From an uncultured Pseudomonadota bacterium (lineage in GTDB: Bacteria > Bdellovibrionota_B > Oligoflexia > Oligoflexales > CAIMVM01), in assembly GCA_903844895.1 (NCBI GenBank), contig CAIMVM010000171.1, positions 45,534-109,533 of the forward strand: 64,000 nucleotides of DNA. Direction: 5' to 3'. A program made the position numbers and the translations under genes. The notes under the pieces were generated by a model that saw nothing but the letters and a program-made list of their open reading frames with translations, did not search any database and was not told the origin of the DNA. This document shows, one piece after another, positions 39,172-48,432 of the stretch; the stretch's first letter is position 1; every line of letters begins with the position of its first letter.

Positions 39172-39396
39172 ATGATCGAGAGAATCAAAGAAGTTATTGA
39201 AGCCGACATTAATCCTTATTTAGCCCTACACCAAGGCGGAGCTGAATTAGTGGATTTTGATGATGGAGTGGTAACCCTCAAGCTGTTTGGCGGTTGTTCA
39301 GGTTGTCCCTCGTCTCAGATCACGCTCTTTAATGGAATTACCCCGATTTTAATGGAAAAAATACCCTACGTCACAGATGTAGTTTTAGACAATTAG
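39172..39396 (+). CDS. NifU C-terminal-domain (Nfu-type) Fe-S cluster protein
   Basis: 74 aa with the GGCSGCPSSQITL CxxC motif. Confidence 0.8.
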   Translation: MIERIKEVIEADINPYLALHQGGAELVDFDDGVVTLKLFGGCSGCPSSQITLFNGITPILMEKIPYVTDVVLDN

Positions 39397-39400
39397 TCTT

Positions 39401-39430
39401 TCCCTATGCTTGTTAGGGACGCTTTATTTT
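39401..39430 (+). terminator. Candidate rho-independent terminator after the Nfu-like gene
   Basis: TCCCTA (39401-39406) / TAGGGA (39414-39419) stem followed by CGCTTTATTTT. Confidence 0.45.
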
Positions 39431-39740
39431 GAGCTCTCAAAGATCTCATTTGAGCCTATCAAGGAGAGTCCCTTTTCAACTTATTCAGGCGTTTGATTAA
39501 GCATTAGCCGTAAGTGCAATGTGCTTTTAATGATTTAAAGACAAAGCCTTCTTGAAGCTTTGGAGGCTCCCATAATCTCCCGTTAACCGCCTTTTACCAC
39601 TTTGCCAGGCAAAACTTCTCTCTTCCTACCAAGAAACAGTAATTCGCAGTCGCCCAGGATCTTTGCTGGTAGGCAAAAAAGTTCGAGTACCTTGAAATTC
39701 AACTGCCGATGAAATGTAAAATATCTTTGGGGAGTCCCTA

Positions 39741-40202
39741 TTGGCAAAGCACTTTGCGGCATTGTGGTCGATGATTCGATATCCAAAAATACCGAAATTT
39801 TTGAAATTTGCAGGGTCGATTCTGACAGTCTATTTTGCCTTGGCTGTTGAAGGAGCCAGCCTAGCCGCTACCGGTAAATCCTGGTCAACTTTCGGTGGCA
39901 ATCCAAAAATAGAGGAGCCCAATCTTTCTAGAATCGATTTATCTGGAGAAGTTCCACCGCACCCTGAAAACTATACTTGGACCGTAGTCCCTCGGAAGAA
40001 CTCTAACTCTGGGACCTCAGCTATAGGACACATTGAAAATTCTAGTACGGAATATCTAACTCCGCGAGTCGTTGCGTTTGGAACTAAAATTGTGCCTTTA
40101 CATATTAAAGTCCATAAAAACAGCATGTACTATCAGTTTGATAATGGCAGTAAAGAGCTGGTTTGGATCGAAGGTGTTTTTTTAAAAATTGAGCCTAAAT
40201 AG
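39741..40202 (+). CDS. Hypothetical secreted protein, possibly with a C-terminal SH3b-like region
   Basis: Hydrophobic N-terminus FAGSILTVYFALAVEGASLAA. Start uncertain (TTG 39741 or ATG 39771). Confidence 0.5.
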   Translation: MAKHFAALWSMIRYPKIPKFLKFAGSILTVYFALAVEGASLAATGKSWSTFGGNPKIEEPNLSRIDLSGEVPPHPENYTWTVVPRKNSNSGTSAIGHIENSSTEYLTPRVVAFGTKIVPLHIKVHKNSMYYQFDNGSKELVWIEGVFLKIEPK

Positions 40203-40209
40203 CGCGAGA

Positions 40210-40968
40210 TTAATAAGGTCCTGTTAAAATTTCCACCTTACCGGTACTTCTTATGGCAATGGTGTGTTCAAATTGTGCCGAAAGTTTGCCATCGGCGGTG
40301 ACTGCTGTCCATCCGTCACTGAGAACCTTAGTTCCGTAACCACCCTGATTGATCATGGGCTCAATCGTAAAAACCATGCCGGGCTCAAATCTTATGCCAC
40401 GCCCTCTGACTCCATAGTGCGGAATTTGAGGCTCCTCGTGAAATGTTTTTCCGATCCCATGTCCTACAAAATCTCTGACGACACTAAACCCTAGACCTTC
40501 TACAGCTTCCTGAATTGTAGCTCCAATATCTCCCACACGACCACCCACAACCACAGCCTCAATGGCCAGCTGAAGCGAACGTTCGGTAGCTTCTACAAGT
40601 CTTCGTGCCACTAATGATATATTGCTGCCAACAAAGTAAGTCCTTGAAGCATCTCCGTGATATCCGCCCACAATGGGAGTCACATCTACATTGATGATGT
40701 CTCCATCTTTCAGAAATTCTTTAGGCGAGGGGATTCCATGGCACACTACATGGTTGACGGAAGTGCAAACAGATTTGGGAAACCCTTTGTAGTTAAGGGG
40801 AGCACAGACTCCTCCTCTCTCCAAGGTAAAGGAGTGAACAAAGTCATTAATCTCTTGAGTAGAGATCCCTGGGCGTATCATTAATTTGAGAGCTTCGAGT
40901 AAATCCCATGCCATTTTCCCGGCGGGTTTCATATCATCAATTTCTTGGTCTGACTTTAATTTGATCAT
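40210..40968 (-). CDS. map: Type I methionine aminopeptidase
   Basis: Metal ligand motifs VCHGIP, DVTPIVGGYHGD, GHGIG, EPMIN. Start set to ATG 40968 (GGAGG 9 nt upstream). Confidence 0.9.
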   Translation of the reverse strand: MIKLKSDQEIDDMKPAGKMAWDLLEALKLMIRPGISTQEINDFVHSFTLERGGVCAPLNYKGFPKSVCTSVNHVVCHGIPSPKEFLKDGDIINVDVTPIVGGYHGDASRTYFVGSNISLVARRLVEATERSLQLAIEAVVVGGRVGDIGATIQEAVEGLGFSVVRDFVGHGIGKTFHEEPQIPHYGVRGRGIRFEPGMVFTIEPMINQGGYGTKVLSDGWTAVTADGKLSAQFEHTIAIRSTGKVEILTGPY

Positions 40969-41052
40969 CCCACGAACCTCCGAGTGGACACCCATCGTAA
41001 AGTCATGATATGCAACGTGTCAATTAAATTAGACTCCTTGAGGGATCCACCA

Positions 41053-41256
41053 ATGAAAATGAAATGTCCTACATGCCAAAAGGAGATAGAATATTCGACT
41101 GATAATCCAAGTCGCCCCTTTTGCTCAATGGCTTGCAAAGGTGACGATTTAGTCGCATGGGCTGAGGAAAAATATTTTGTGGCGACTGAAATTAAACCTG
41201 AAGACGCTGAGGACGTAGAAGCCCAACTCCTGGAAAACGGCTATAAAATTCATTAA
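41053..41256 (+). CDS. yacG: DNA gyrase inhibitor YacG (zinc finger)
   Basis: MKMKCPTCQKEIEYSTDNPSRPFCSMACKGDDLVAWAEE matches the YacG C4 motif. Start moved to ATG 41053. Confidence 0.75.
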   Translation: MKMKCPTCQKEIEYSTDNPSRPFCSMACKGDDLVAWAEEKYFVATEIKPEDAEDVEAQLLENGYKIH

Positions 41257-41606
41257 AAGCTGTCTAGCGCATCTTCCGTTATCATGAGCTCTCTAACTGC
41301 GTGGTTTTTTTTCAAATCATTATTTATTACCAAGTCCAAATTCTCTGGACTCAGGCTATGGTACCAAGTTCCTTCAGGATAGATGAGGCCAATGGGGCCT
41401 TTTTTGCAAATCCTGAGACACCCTACCTTAGTTCGAAAGACCGTATTTAGCTTTTCGTCTTTAATCTTGGTTTTTAAATGTTCCCAGGCCTTCATTCCTT
41501 CTTCATTAGCAACGCATTTAGGGCCGGTACATAAAAAGATATGCCGAGTCAATTTACCTATTTTGAGCTTCGTACATACTTCTTTCCACTCATTTTCCTG
41601 GTCCAT
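41253..41606 (-). CDS. Thioredoxin-like [2Fe-2S] ferredoxin
   Basis: Cys pattern C-x4-C (LCTGPKC) ... C-x3-C (GCLRIC) in a 117-aa protein. Confidence 0.7.
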   Translation of the reverse strand: MDQENEWKEVCTKLKIGKLTRHIFLCTGPKCVANEEGMKAWEHLKTKIKDEKLNTVFRTKVGCLRICKKGPIGLIYPEGTWYHSLSPENLDLVINNDLKKNHAVRELMITEDALDSF

Positions 41607-41668
41607 CTTACCCGCCCTTGTTGTATAATTGAATGTATCGTTACGAACCTAAATAAGCGAGCTCTACT

Positions 41669-42193
41669 GTGACAATAGAAAAAGACATCCTAGGTCCAAG
41701 AACTGCTGGCTTTCTCATCCATGATGCGCGCCTTGCGGACCGTTACTTAGCCCGCGTGGAAGCTACACTAAAATCTATTTCAGAAGTCAAAACACTTGTG
41801 ATTTCTTCAGGAACCGACCCAAAATTAAACAGATGCTCCATTTTGATTGTTTTTGCCAATAATCTCGATGACCAACAAATGGTCACTTGGGTAAAGGGTA
41901 TTGCTAAACGCCTAGATCCGGAATCGATCAATATCCCCTGGCTCATTATTTGTGAAAGCTCAGAAGGAGTCCAAAAAGAGCTTCTGAGGTATGCGCTCGA
42001 CGAAAATTGGTATTTTGATCTTGTATCACCGGAACACCTAGACTCCCTAACTACCAGAATTGGAAGTCTTATTAGGATTTCAGATCATATCAGTGAGATC
42101 CACCGCTACGATGCTGAAATCAAAACACTTGAAACTCAAGTTGCTCTGGCGTTAGAAAAGATCGACACTTTACAAAAAACGGCGGGATCTTAG
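41669..42193 (+). CDS. Hypothetical protein: receiver-like fold lacking the phospho-acceptor Asp, plus a C-terminal coiled coil
   Basis: GTG start. Alternating beta/alpha pattern (FLIHD, TLVISS, ILIVFAN, WLIICES, YFDLVSP) with no Asp at the acceptor position. C-terminal heptad-like EIKTLETQVALALEKIDTLQK. Confidence 0.5.
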   Translation: MTIEKDILGPRTAGFLIHDARLADRYLARVEATLKSISEVKTLVISSGTDPKLNRCSILIVFANNLDDQQMVTWVKGIAKRLDPESINIPWLIICESSEGVQKELLRYALDENWYFDLVSPEHLDSLTTRIGSLIRISDHISEIHRYDAEIKTLETQVALALEKIDTLQKTAGS

Positions 42194-42471
42194 TGGTAAT
42201 TTCAGAATCAGGTGTCCCTTTAAGTCAAGAATCTCCAGCAGAAGTAGTGGCTTCTTATATTAGTGCCATAAAAGGCTCAGGACACTTTTTATCGCCTCTA
42301 GACTGTCAAGTGATTCAGAAGTGGTTAACCATAACCGAGGGAAGATCGGATCCCATTTTACTCGTCTTAGATGAGCACCTTGTGGATCATTTTAAGTCAG
42401 GCAAAATGCGGCCGCTGAGCCTCATTGAGGGCAAAATTAGCCGCATGCTTAGAAATACCTCGTATATTTAG
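42193..42471 (+). CDS. Hypothetical protein (92 aa), translationally coupled to the upstream gene
   Basis: GTG 42193 overlaps the upstream TAG stop (TAGTG). No recognised motif. Confidence 0.45.
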   Translation: MVISESGVPLSQESPAEVVASYISAIKGSGHFLSPLDCQVIQKWLTITEGRSDPILLVLDEHLVDHFKSGKMRPLSLIEGKISRMLRNTSYI

Positions 42472-42548
42472 AGCAAGCAGGCTGAATTCTTTTGAAAACC
42501 TCATGTCCAATAGGATATGATCCAAAGACTATTGCGAGGAGTATTTTC

Positions 42549-42875
42549 ATGGCCGGTGGCACAATTGTAGTTTCTGACGATAACTTTGAATCTCTTGTCT
42601 TAAAATCCCCCCATCCGGTGCTTGTGGATTTCTGGGCTCCTTGGTGTGGACCCTGCGTGGCGATTGCGCCTGCGCTCGAAGCTCTTGCGGGTGAGTTCCA
42701 AGGAAAAATCACTATTGCCAAAATGAATGTGGACGAGAATGCCAATACTCCCGCACAATTTGCTGTGCGCTCTATACCTTTTCTAGTCTTATTTAAAGAT
42801 GGCAAGCCCGTCGATCAAGTCGTCGGGGCCGTACCTAAGCCTCGTTTAGCAGAGATGCTGAATAAGCATGTCTAA
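42549..42875 (+). CDS. trxA: Thioredoxin
   Basis: WAPWCGPC active site. Start moved to ATG 42549, giving a 108-aa canonical length. Confidence 0.9.
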   Translation: MAGGTIVVSDDNFESLVLKSPHPVLVDFWAPWCGPCVAIAPALEALAGEFQGKITIAKMNVDENANTPAQFAVRSIPFLVLFKDGKPVDQVVGAVPKPRLAEMLNKHV

Positions 42876-43530
42876 AAAAGGCGATTTTGAGCGAGATTTG
42901 CTACAAAATGGTCACGTAGTTTGTGGGGTTGATGAGGTTGGTAGAGGCTGTTTAGCAGGGCCAGTTTGCGCTGGCGCTATCATCTTAAATCTTGAAAAGC
43001 TTCTGCAACTCCCAGAGCCACTCTTAAGTCTTATTAGAGACTCTAAGAAGCTCTCCGCTAAACAGCGTCAAGGGATCATACCCGTTATTTTGGAGCATAC
43101 AATAAGCTATGCAGTTGCGTTTGCGAGTGCCCGCGAAGTGGATCAGCTCAATATATTAAACGCAACTTTTTTAGCCATGTCGCGAGCAATCGCTAAACTG
43201 ACGAAGACCCCAAGTCTCATTTTGGTGGATGGTAATATGACCATTCCAGGCCAGCAGCTTGCCCAAAAGGCGCTCGTTGGCGGCGACGCCCTAACCTACT
43301 CCATTGCAGCCGCCTCTATTATTGCCAAAGAAGCTCGCGATAACTATATGAGCGCCCTGCAAAAAACGTATCCTCAATATGGATTTGAGTCTCATGTAGG
43401 ATACGGCACTAAACGCCACTTAGAAGCTCTCGGGAAATACGGGACAACCCCAGAGCATCGAATATCTTTTAGACCTGTGCGTGAAGCTCGAACTACACCC
43501 AATCCCCCCGAAGAGACCTTAGGTGCCTGA
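42868..43530 (+). CDS. rnhB: Ribonuclease HII
   Basis: VCGVDEVGRGCLAGPV catalytic motif and DSKKLS. 8-nt overlap with trxA. Confidence 0.9.
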   Translation: MSKKGDFERDLLQNGHVVCGVDEVGRGCLAGPVCAGAIILNLEKLLQLPEPLLSLIRDSKKLSAKQRQGIIPVILEHTISYAVAFASAREVDQLNILNATFLAMSRAIAKLTKTPSLILVDGNMTIPGQQLAQKALVGGDALTYSIAAASIIAKEARDNYMSALQKTYPQYGFESHVGYGTKRHLEALGKYGTTPEHRISFRPVREARTTPNPPEETLGA

Positions 43531-43745
43531 GTGGACCTTCAAGCAAATTCTAACGCTTAAACATGGCGACCTACATCCAAAACAAATCCCAATTGGTCTC
43601 TACTCTTTACTTAACTCTTTCAATTGATAGAACAGCGCTAAATTGAGATTCGCGTTGATGTTTATATTCCAGAACTTCTTATCTCGCTCACCTCCTTGCA
43701 ATCGCATGATCAGTTATCTCCTGATTTCTGAAATGAGGTAAATTC

Positions 43746-45038
43746 ATGTATAATAGCCTTCTATTTTTACCTTCGGGAGAGAAACGAATGTATAGAGCCA
43801 ATTCACGTTGGAGAATTCTTTCTTATGGGTCGCAGACGATTCTAGCACTTACTCTTAAAATGCCTCCTATTATGACCTTAGCTGTGGCCTTAACAGTCGG
43901 CTTAACTGTCGGCTTAACTGCGAGTTGCACCCCTAAACCCACAGAAGGAATTCTTTTAAACGCACCCCCAGGTACTTTGCAAAGCGCCACAAAGCCTCGG
44001 ATTGTTTTCAATTGGTCGAGCGGCAGTGGACCCTTAAATCAGCATCTTTGGGACCAGGTTCGAGATGCCATGAGCAAAAATCAGGAGATTAAAACACAAG
44101 GAGAATTACCTAAACTCGGCCAGCAAGGTTATGGTTTATATGTAACGATGGATCCATTTGTTTCCCTTAGCTTTGGATCAGAACTGTCATGCTTATCTTT
44201 AAATCCCAGAACAACCTGGGTGGGCAATGATCTTGCGGGAGAGGCCTCCCTGGCTAATATTAGAGGGCCCAGTGACTTCCTCGTCTATGGATGGGGAACC
44301 TCATTTCTAGATGGAGTAAGAAAGACTGCAATTTCTGGGGTGATTCGCAACCCTCGTCTTGTAGACATGAATCCATCGGCGAAAATTATTATGAAAGAAT
44401 TTGGTTCCGGCGATGGCCTTGGAGCTATGAAAATCGCAAAAGCCCGACAACGCCTTCAAACCGGAAATTGGTGTCAGGCATTTAGCGCTTTTGAAAACGA
44501 ATTTGGGACCTTTTCCATGGCGTTTTCATCTGCATTTTCCTTTGGAGACTCTAAAGGAATATACCGAAATGTATTGGCTGCCAATTGGCTGATGCTCCCT
44601 GGTGCGGGTATGAATCCAGTAATGGAACGCGCTATCGACATGGTAGAAAAGAATGTCTCATTTATAAGTGAACTAAAAGAGGCGGGAATATTAAAAGGTA
44701 ATAAAGCCGAAGAACGTAAATTAGAAATTAAATCGGTGCTCTCAAGAGCCTTCAACTATCCTCCAGGACTCATTGCTGGAGATGTGCCTGCTGAGCAAAT
44801 CCCAGCCAGAATGGCATTGCTTGCGCGACTTTTAAATGAGACTGGTATCTTTAAATTAAGCGGCAATTCTAACTCCCTGGAATCCTTCACTGCTGCGTTC
44901 AATGAAGCTTCTTACCAATTTATATCCCAATGGGGCCAGGACCACCCTCAAGACGTAGCGCTAGCAAAAGATCTCATTGCCATCCTGCTTAAAAACGGAC
45001 TTACAGGAATGGCTAAACAGCTTCCTTGGCCAGAGTAA
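43746..45038 (+). CDS. Orphan probable lipoprotein (start uncertain; ATG 43860 possible)
   Basis: Hydrophobic LAVALTVGLTVGLTASC ends in a lipobox-like Cys. No confident family assignment. Confidence 0.6.
   Translation: MYNSLLFLPSGEKRMYRANSRWRILSYGSQTILALTLKMPPIMTLAVALTVGLTVGLTASCTPKPTEGILLNAPPGTLQSATKPRIVFNWSSGSGPLNQHLWDQVRDAMSKNQEIKTQGELPKLGQQGYGLYVTMDPFVSLSFGSELSCLSLNPRTTWVGNDLAGEASLANIRGPSDFLVYGWGTSFLDGVRKTAISGVIRNPRLVDMNPSAKIIMKEFGSGDGLGAMKIAKARQRLQTGNWCQAFSAFENEFGTFSMAFSSAFSFGDSKGIYRNVLAANWLMLPGAGMNPVMERAIDMVEKNVSFISELKEAGILKGNKAEERKLEIKSVLSRAFNYPPGLIAGDVPAEQIPARMALLARLLNETGIFKLSGNSNSLESFTAAFNEASYQFISQWGQDHPQDVALAKDLIAILLKNGLTGMAKQLPWPE
43887..43922 (+). repeat. 12-bp tandem repeat (3 copies) inside the lipoprotein signal peptide
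   Basis: GCCTTAACAGTC / GGCTTAACTGTC / GGCTTAACTGCG encodes (A)LTV-GLTV-GLTA. Confidence 0.8.
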
Positions 45039-45436
45039 TCTGATTCTTACAATCGAAACATAATATCTGACTATAAAAAATATTTTCTATATAATCACTC
45101 TGTATAGATCCTGAAAAGAGTCTCTTACAATGATTCGATTGATGCACTCATGCAAGTATAGAAAAACTATTTAAAATGGAGCGCTCAGCTATACCTCCAC
45201 GAACATCATAAAAATATTTTCCATTAAGCAGACTTTCAATACCCTGAACTAAATAATGAGCTCAGTTTTAAGAAAATGGGTTATCTTTGAATTATATTTC
45301 CTTAAAATCTTTGGGCTAATCTTTAGCGTAGGAGGGCCCGCCGAAAAAGACAAATTTGAAATAGCACGAATCGTCTGAGAGAGAGCTATACGAAACACTT
45401 TCTTAGCAATAGCCCTCACAAAGTAAGCTTCATAAA

Positions 45437-45802
45437 TTCACGAATCCTGCTTGTTCAAGACTTTCAAGACTTTCAAGACTTTCAAGGCAAGGCACCAAAA
45501 AAACGCACCAACTCCAGCTCCTAATATCATGGATACATCACCCAAACTCGACTTTAGCATGCACTCGAAGATGCCGTTTTTTCATAAACTTCTATGTAAC
45601 TGCTTTTGAAAGCCATGACTCGACATCGCACCAGTAGTAAAGACAGAAACTCCCACCATGCCTATTCTTTGTAGATTTGCTTGGCAATCCCCAGGGCCCG
45701 CAACAGGACGTGATGTCGATTCAGTACCGTCGTTAGCGCCTAGCAAGGCCCCTCTTAGCCAGCAGACACCAACGATGAAACTCGCACCGTACTTGTATAG
45801 GT
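45437..45802 (-). pseudogene. Decayed relic of a VIT1/CCC1-family (iron/manganese transporter) gene
   Basis: A single minus-strand frame reads ...CWLRGALLGANDGTESTSRPVAGPGD...TGAMSS...*...MILGAGVGAFFW.... WLRxAxLGANDG (45725-45760) is the VIT family signature. There is no start codon, an in-frame TGA at 45581-45583, and the frame is about half the normal length. Confidence 0.45.
45453..45486. repeat. 9-bp tandem repeat TTCAAGACT x3.8
   Basis: TTCAAGACT at 45453, 45462 and 45471, plus partial TTCAAGG. Read directly. Confidence 0.9.
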
Positions 45803-45890
45803 TTTAAACCCAAGGGCCCACTCCTTTAGCAATGTGAAGTTGATAATAAACGCGCAGGTGAAAGGAATGAACCCATCAACCTGAAAGACA

Positions 45891-46556
45891 TTAGGCAGCC
45901 AACTTCAAATTGTTTTCGACCCAAAAGACACCTGGTGCGCTATAAGCCGCAACTCTAGCGTCTTCAATCTCACTCAGGGAGTAAACATCACCTGTAAGTA
46001 TGACTTTTCCACCAAGTACTTCCACCTTTATATTGCGACCTCCGTAATTAGCGCCGCGCCTCAATGCATCTTCTATTCGAGATTTGACATCAAGGGCTTC
46101 CGTCTTCGACTTGATGGTAATATCATTTCTAACCCCGTAAACTCCCCTCAACTTAGAGACCGCATCCCTCGCGGCATTCCGTTGAAATTCCCACTCTACT
46201 TCCCCGCGTAACGTAATCCACCCTCTTTCGACCGATACCTTTACGGAACATGGAACTTGATAATTCCATTGCAATGCCCAGATGGCGGCTCCGCCAATGT
46301 CATCGTCACTTCGTTCCGCATCGCCACCTAGATTCACCTCTAGCTTATCCACAACAATTCGAGTTCCCGCAACGCGTTGCGCTGCTTTTTCCGCAATTGC
46401 TTTCTCTGAAAAATGTGGCACAATGCCGCTTAGTGTAACTACTCCATCTCTCGTACCTACCGCGATTTGATTGGAATTCAGGCTAGGGTCCCACTTTAAC
46501 TCACTAATTACGTCTCCCCTAAGATCCTCATCTGACTTTTTTACATAATTAAACAT
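45891..46556 (-). CDS. BON-domain protein (OsmY-like, three BON repeats)
   Basis: Repeated ...V.V.DGVVTLSG.V... modules (VGTRDGVVTLSGIV, VERGWITLRGEV, VLGGKVILTGDV). Start set to ATG 46556, preceded by GAGGAG. Confidence 0.8.
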   Translation of the reverse strand: MFNYVKKSDEDLRGDVISELKWDPSLNSNQIAVGTRDGVVTLSGIVPHFSEKAIAEKAAQRVAGTRIVVDKLEVNLGGDAERSDDDIGGAAIWALQWNYQVPCSVKVSVERGWITLRGEVEWEFQRNAARDAVSKLRGVYGVRNDITIKSKTEALDVKSRIEDALRRGANYGGRNIKVEVLGGKVILTGDVYSLSEIEDARVAAYSAPGVFWVENNLKLAA

Positions 46557-46893
46557 TTTACGCTCCTCAGTGTTTTTAGTTGCTTTAGGTGAAAAAAACG
46601 CTCTTAACGTTTCGAGATGCATGTACTGTGCCAATTTTTAATAGCAACCACAGATAGCCCTTTCATTGAAAGCTTCATTTAGAGCTGTTGGACGTATTAG
46701 CTCTCATTCAAAACTAGATAGTGGCTCTAGAGGATGTAGCAGGTTTGCTTAATGCCTGAAAAGATCCCATCGCAAAATAGAATGCGCAGATGCTGGTTTA
46801 ATTTTAGAGCTGACCGGGCTAGCTGCTATAGTGTACTGTCAGCATGTGAGTGACTTCGCATCTACGGAAATACTGGTCACAAGGAAAAAATTC

Positions 46894-48198
46894 ATGGCAA
46901 ACCCAAAAAAGAATCAGGTGAGAGTTGGCATCGTAGGTGCGGGTTTTGGAGGGATTACCGCAGCATTATCTTTATCCAAATCTCCCAATGTTCATGTGGA
47001 CATCATTGACCGGAAAAATCACCATCTTTTTCAACCGCTTCTCTACCAAGTAGCTATGGCGGGACTTAATCCCTCTGATATCGCAATACCGATTAGAACT
47101 TTTTTTTCTCGAAGCAAAAACGTAAATGTTCTCTTAGCCGAAATAGAGGATGTGAACCTTCAAAATACCGGGATACTTTTCGATGGAAAATGGCACTTCT
47201 ATGATTATTTGATATTAGCAAGTGGAGCTAAACATTTCTATTTTGGTAATGACGGCTGGGAAAGTGTGGCGCCGGGACTGAAAAATCTAGAGCAGGCGAT
47301 CGAGATCCGTAGAAGAGTGTTAACGGCTTTTGAGCTGGCTGAAAAAGCAGATAACGAAGCCCTGAAAAAGTCCTATCTCAGCTTTGCAATAGTGGGTGGT
47401 GGGCCAACTGGAGTTGAACTTGCTGGCGCTATTTCAGAGTTGGCAAAGACAACTCTAAAACATGACTACAAAACCGCCGACCTAACTCAAACATCTGTGT
47501 ATCTCATCGAAGCAGGACCCAGAATTTTAGACGCTTTTCCCGAGGACCTTTCTGAGAGAGCTGAAAGAGATCTAAGAGACTTAGGTGTCCATGTCTTAAA
47601 GAACACAAAAGCTAGCGAGCTTAGCTCTAGTGGGCTGATGGCGGGAAGTAACTGGTTGGATTGCAAAACCATTATTTGGGCAGCAGGTGTGAAGCCCTCC
47701 ACGCTCGCCGAAAAAGTTAAATCTGCAAAGGGGCCTGGCGGACGCTTAGTTGTCGACCGAGATTTGAGCCTGCCTGACGCAAAAAATATATTTGCTATCG
47801 GAGATATGGCATTCTTTGAATTGCTTAACGGCAAAGGCCTGCCTGGGATCGCCCCGGTGGCCACTCAACAGGGTCATTTTGTGGCACGTCTCATAAAAAA
47901 TGAACTCACCGGGAAAAAGAGGCCTCAATTTGTCTATTGGGACAAAGGAATCATGGCCACAATTGGTCGTTCACGGGCTGTGGTCAGCAGCGGAAAACTT
48001 CAATTTACGGGCACATTTGCTTGGCTTATTTGGGTTTTTATTCATGTTGTCTATTTAATGAAATTTAGAAATCGAGTTTTTGTCTTTTTCCAGTGGGCTT
48101 GGGCTTACTTTGAGTTAGGCCAGGGGGCAAGATTGATTACACAAAGAACATGGCGATTTTACGGTGGTAAAAAAATAGACTATGGAAATGAACTGTAA
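46894..48198 (+). CDS. ndh: Type II NADH dehydrogenase (NDH-2)
   Basis: VGIVGAGFGGITAA and IVGGGPTGVELAG dinucleotide motifs, C-terminal membrane-anchoring helices. Start moved to ATG 46894 (AAGGAAAAAA upstream). Confidence 0.85.
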   Translation: MANPKKNQVRVGIVGAGFGGITAALSLSKSPNVHVDIIDRKNHHLFQPLLYQVAMAGLNPSDIAIPIRTFFSRSKNVNVLLAEIEDVNLQNTGILFDGKWHFYDYLILASGAKHFYFGNDGWESVAPGLKNLEQAIEIRRRVLTAFELAEKADNEALKKSYLSFAIVGGGPTGVELAGAISELAKTTLKHDYKTADLTQTSVYLIEAGPRILDAFPEDLSERAERDLRDLGVHVLKNTKASELSSSGLMAGSNWLDCKTIIWAAGVKPSTLAEKVKSAKGPGGRLVVDRDLSLPDAKNIFAIGDMAFFELLNGKGLPGIAPVATQQGHFVARLIKNELTGKKRPQFVYWDKGIMATIGRSRAVVSSGKLQFTGTFAWLIWVFIHVVYLMKFRNRVFVFFQWAWAYFELGQGARLITQRTWRFYGGKKIDYGNEL

Positions 48199-48381
48199 GC
48201 TTGCGTGCGCAAGTTTGTATAAGTTTCCTGTAGCGGCGATTCCATCGTTAGTTCCAATTTTGCCAGACTGCTGGAAATGCCTTGTCTGTGGAATTTATTG
48301 CAATCTGAGGAGCCCCAGGTGTGTGGCTCCATTTTTCGTACCGGAGACTCACACTCCCTGGATGTACGCACTGCAGGGCGC

Positions 48382-48410
48382 AAAAAAACCCAAACCTGGA
48401 GGGGTTTGGG
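48382..48410 (-). terminator. Rho-independent terminator of rplS
   Basis: On the minus strand: CCCAAACC-CCTCCA-GGTTTGGG followed by TTTTTTT (8-bp perfect stem, 7 U). Confidence 0.8.
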
Positions 48411-48432
48411 CATTTAATGTTTTAGAATCGAA

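Noticed and set aside
43887-45486. Short tandem repeats (12-bp x3 at 43887 and 9-bp x3.8 at 45453), considered as CRISPR-like arrays.
   Set aside because: The units are contiguous with no spacers and far shorter than CRISPR repeats, and there are no cas genes.
45581-45583. In-frame TGA in the VIT-like frame, considered as selenocysteine or programmed readthrough.
   Set aside because: The frame has no start codon, the family motifs are degraded by non-conservative changes, and half the gene is missing. Pseudogene decay is the simpler explanation.
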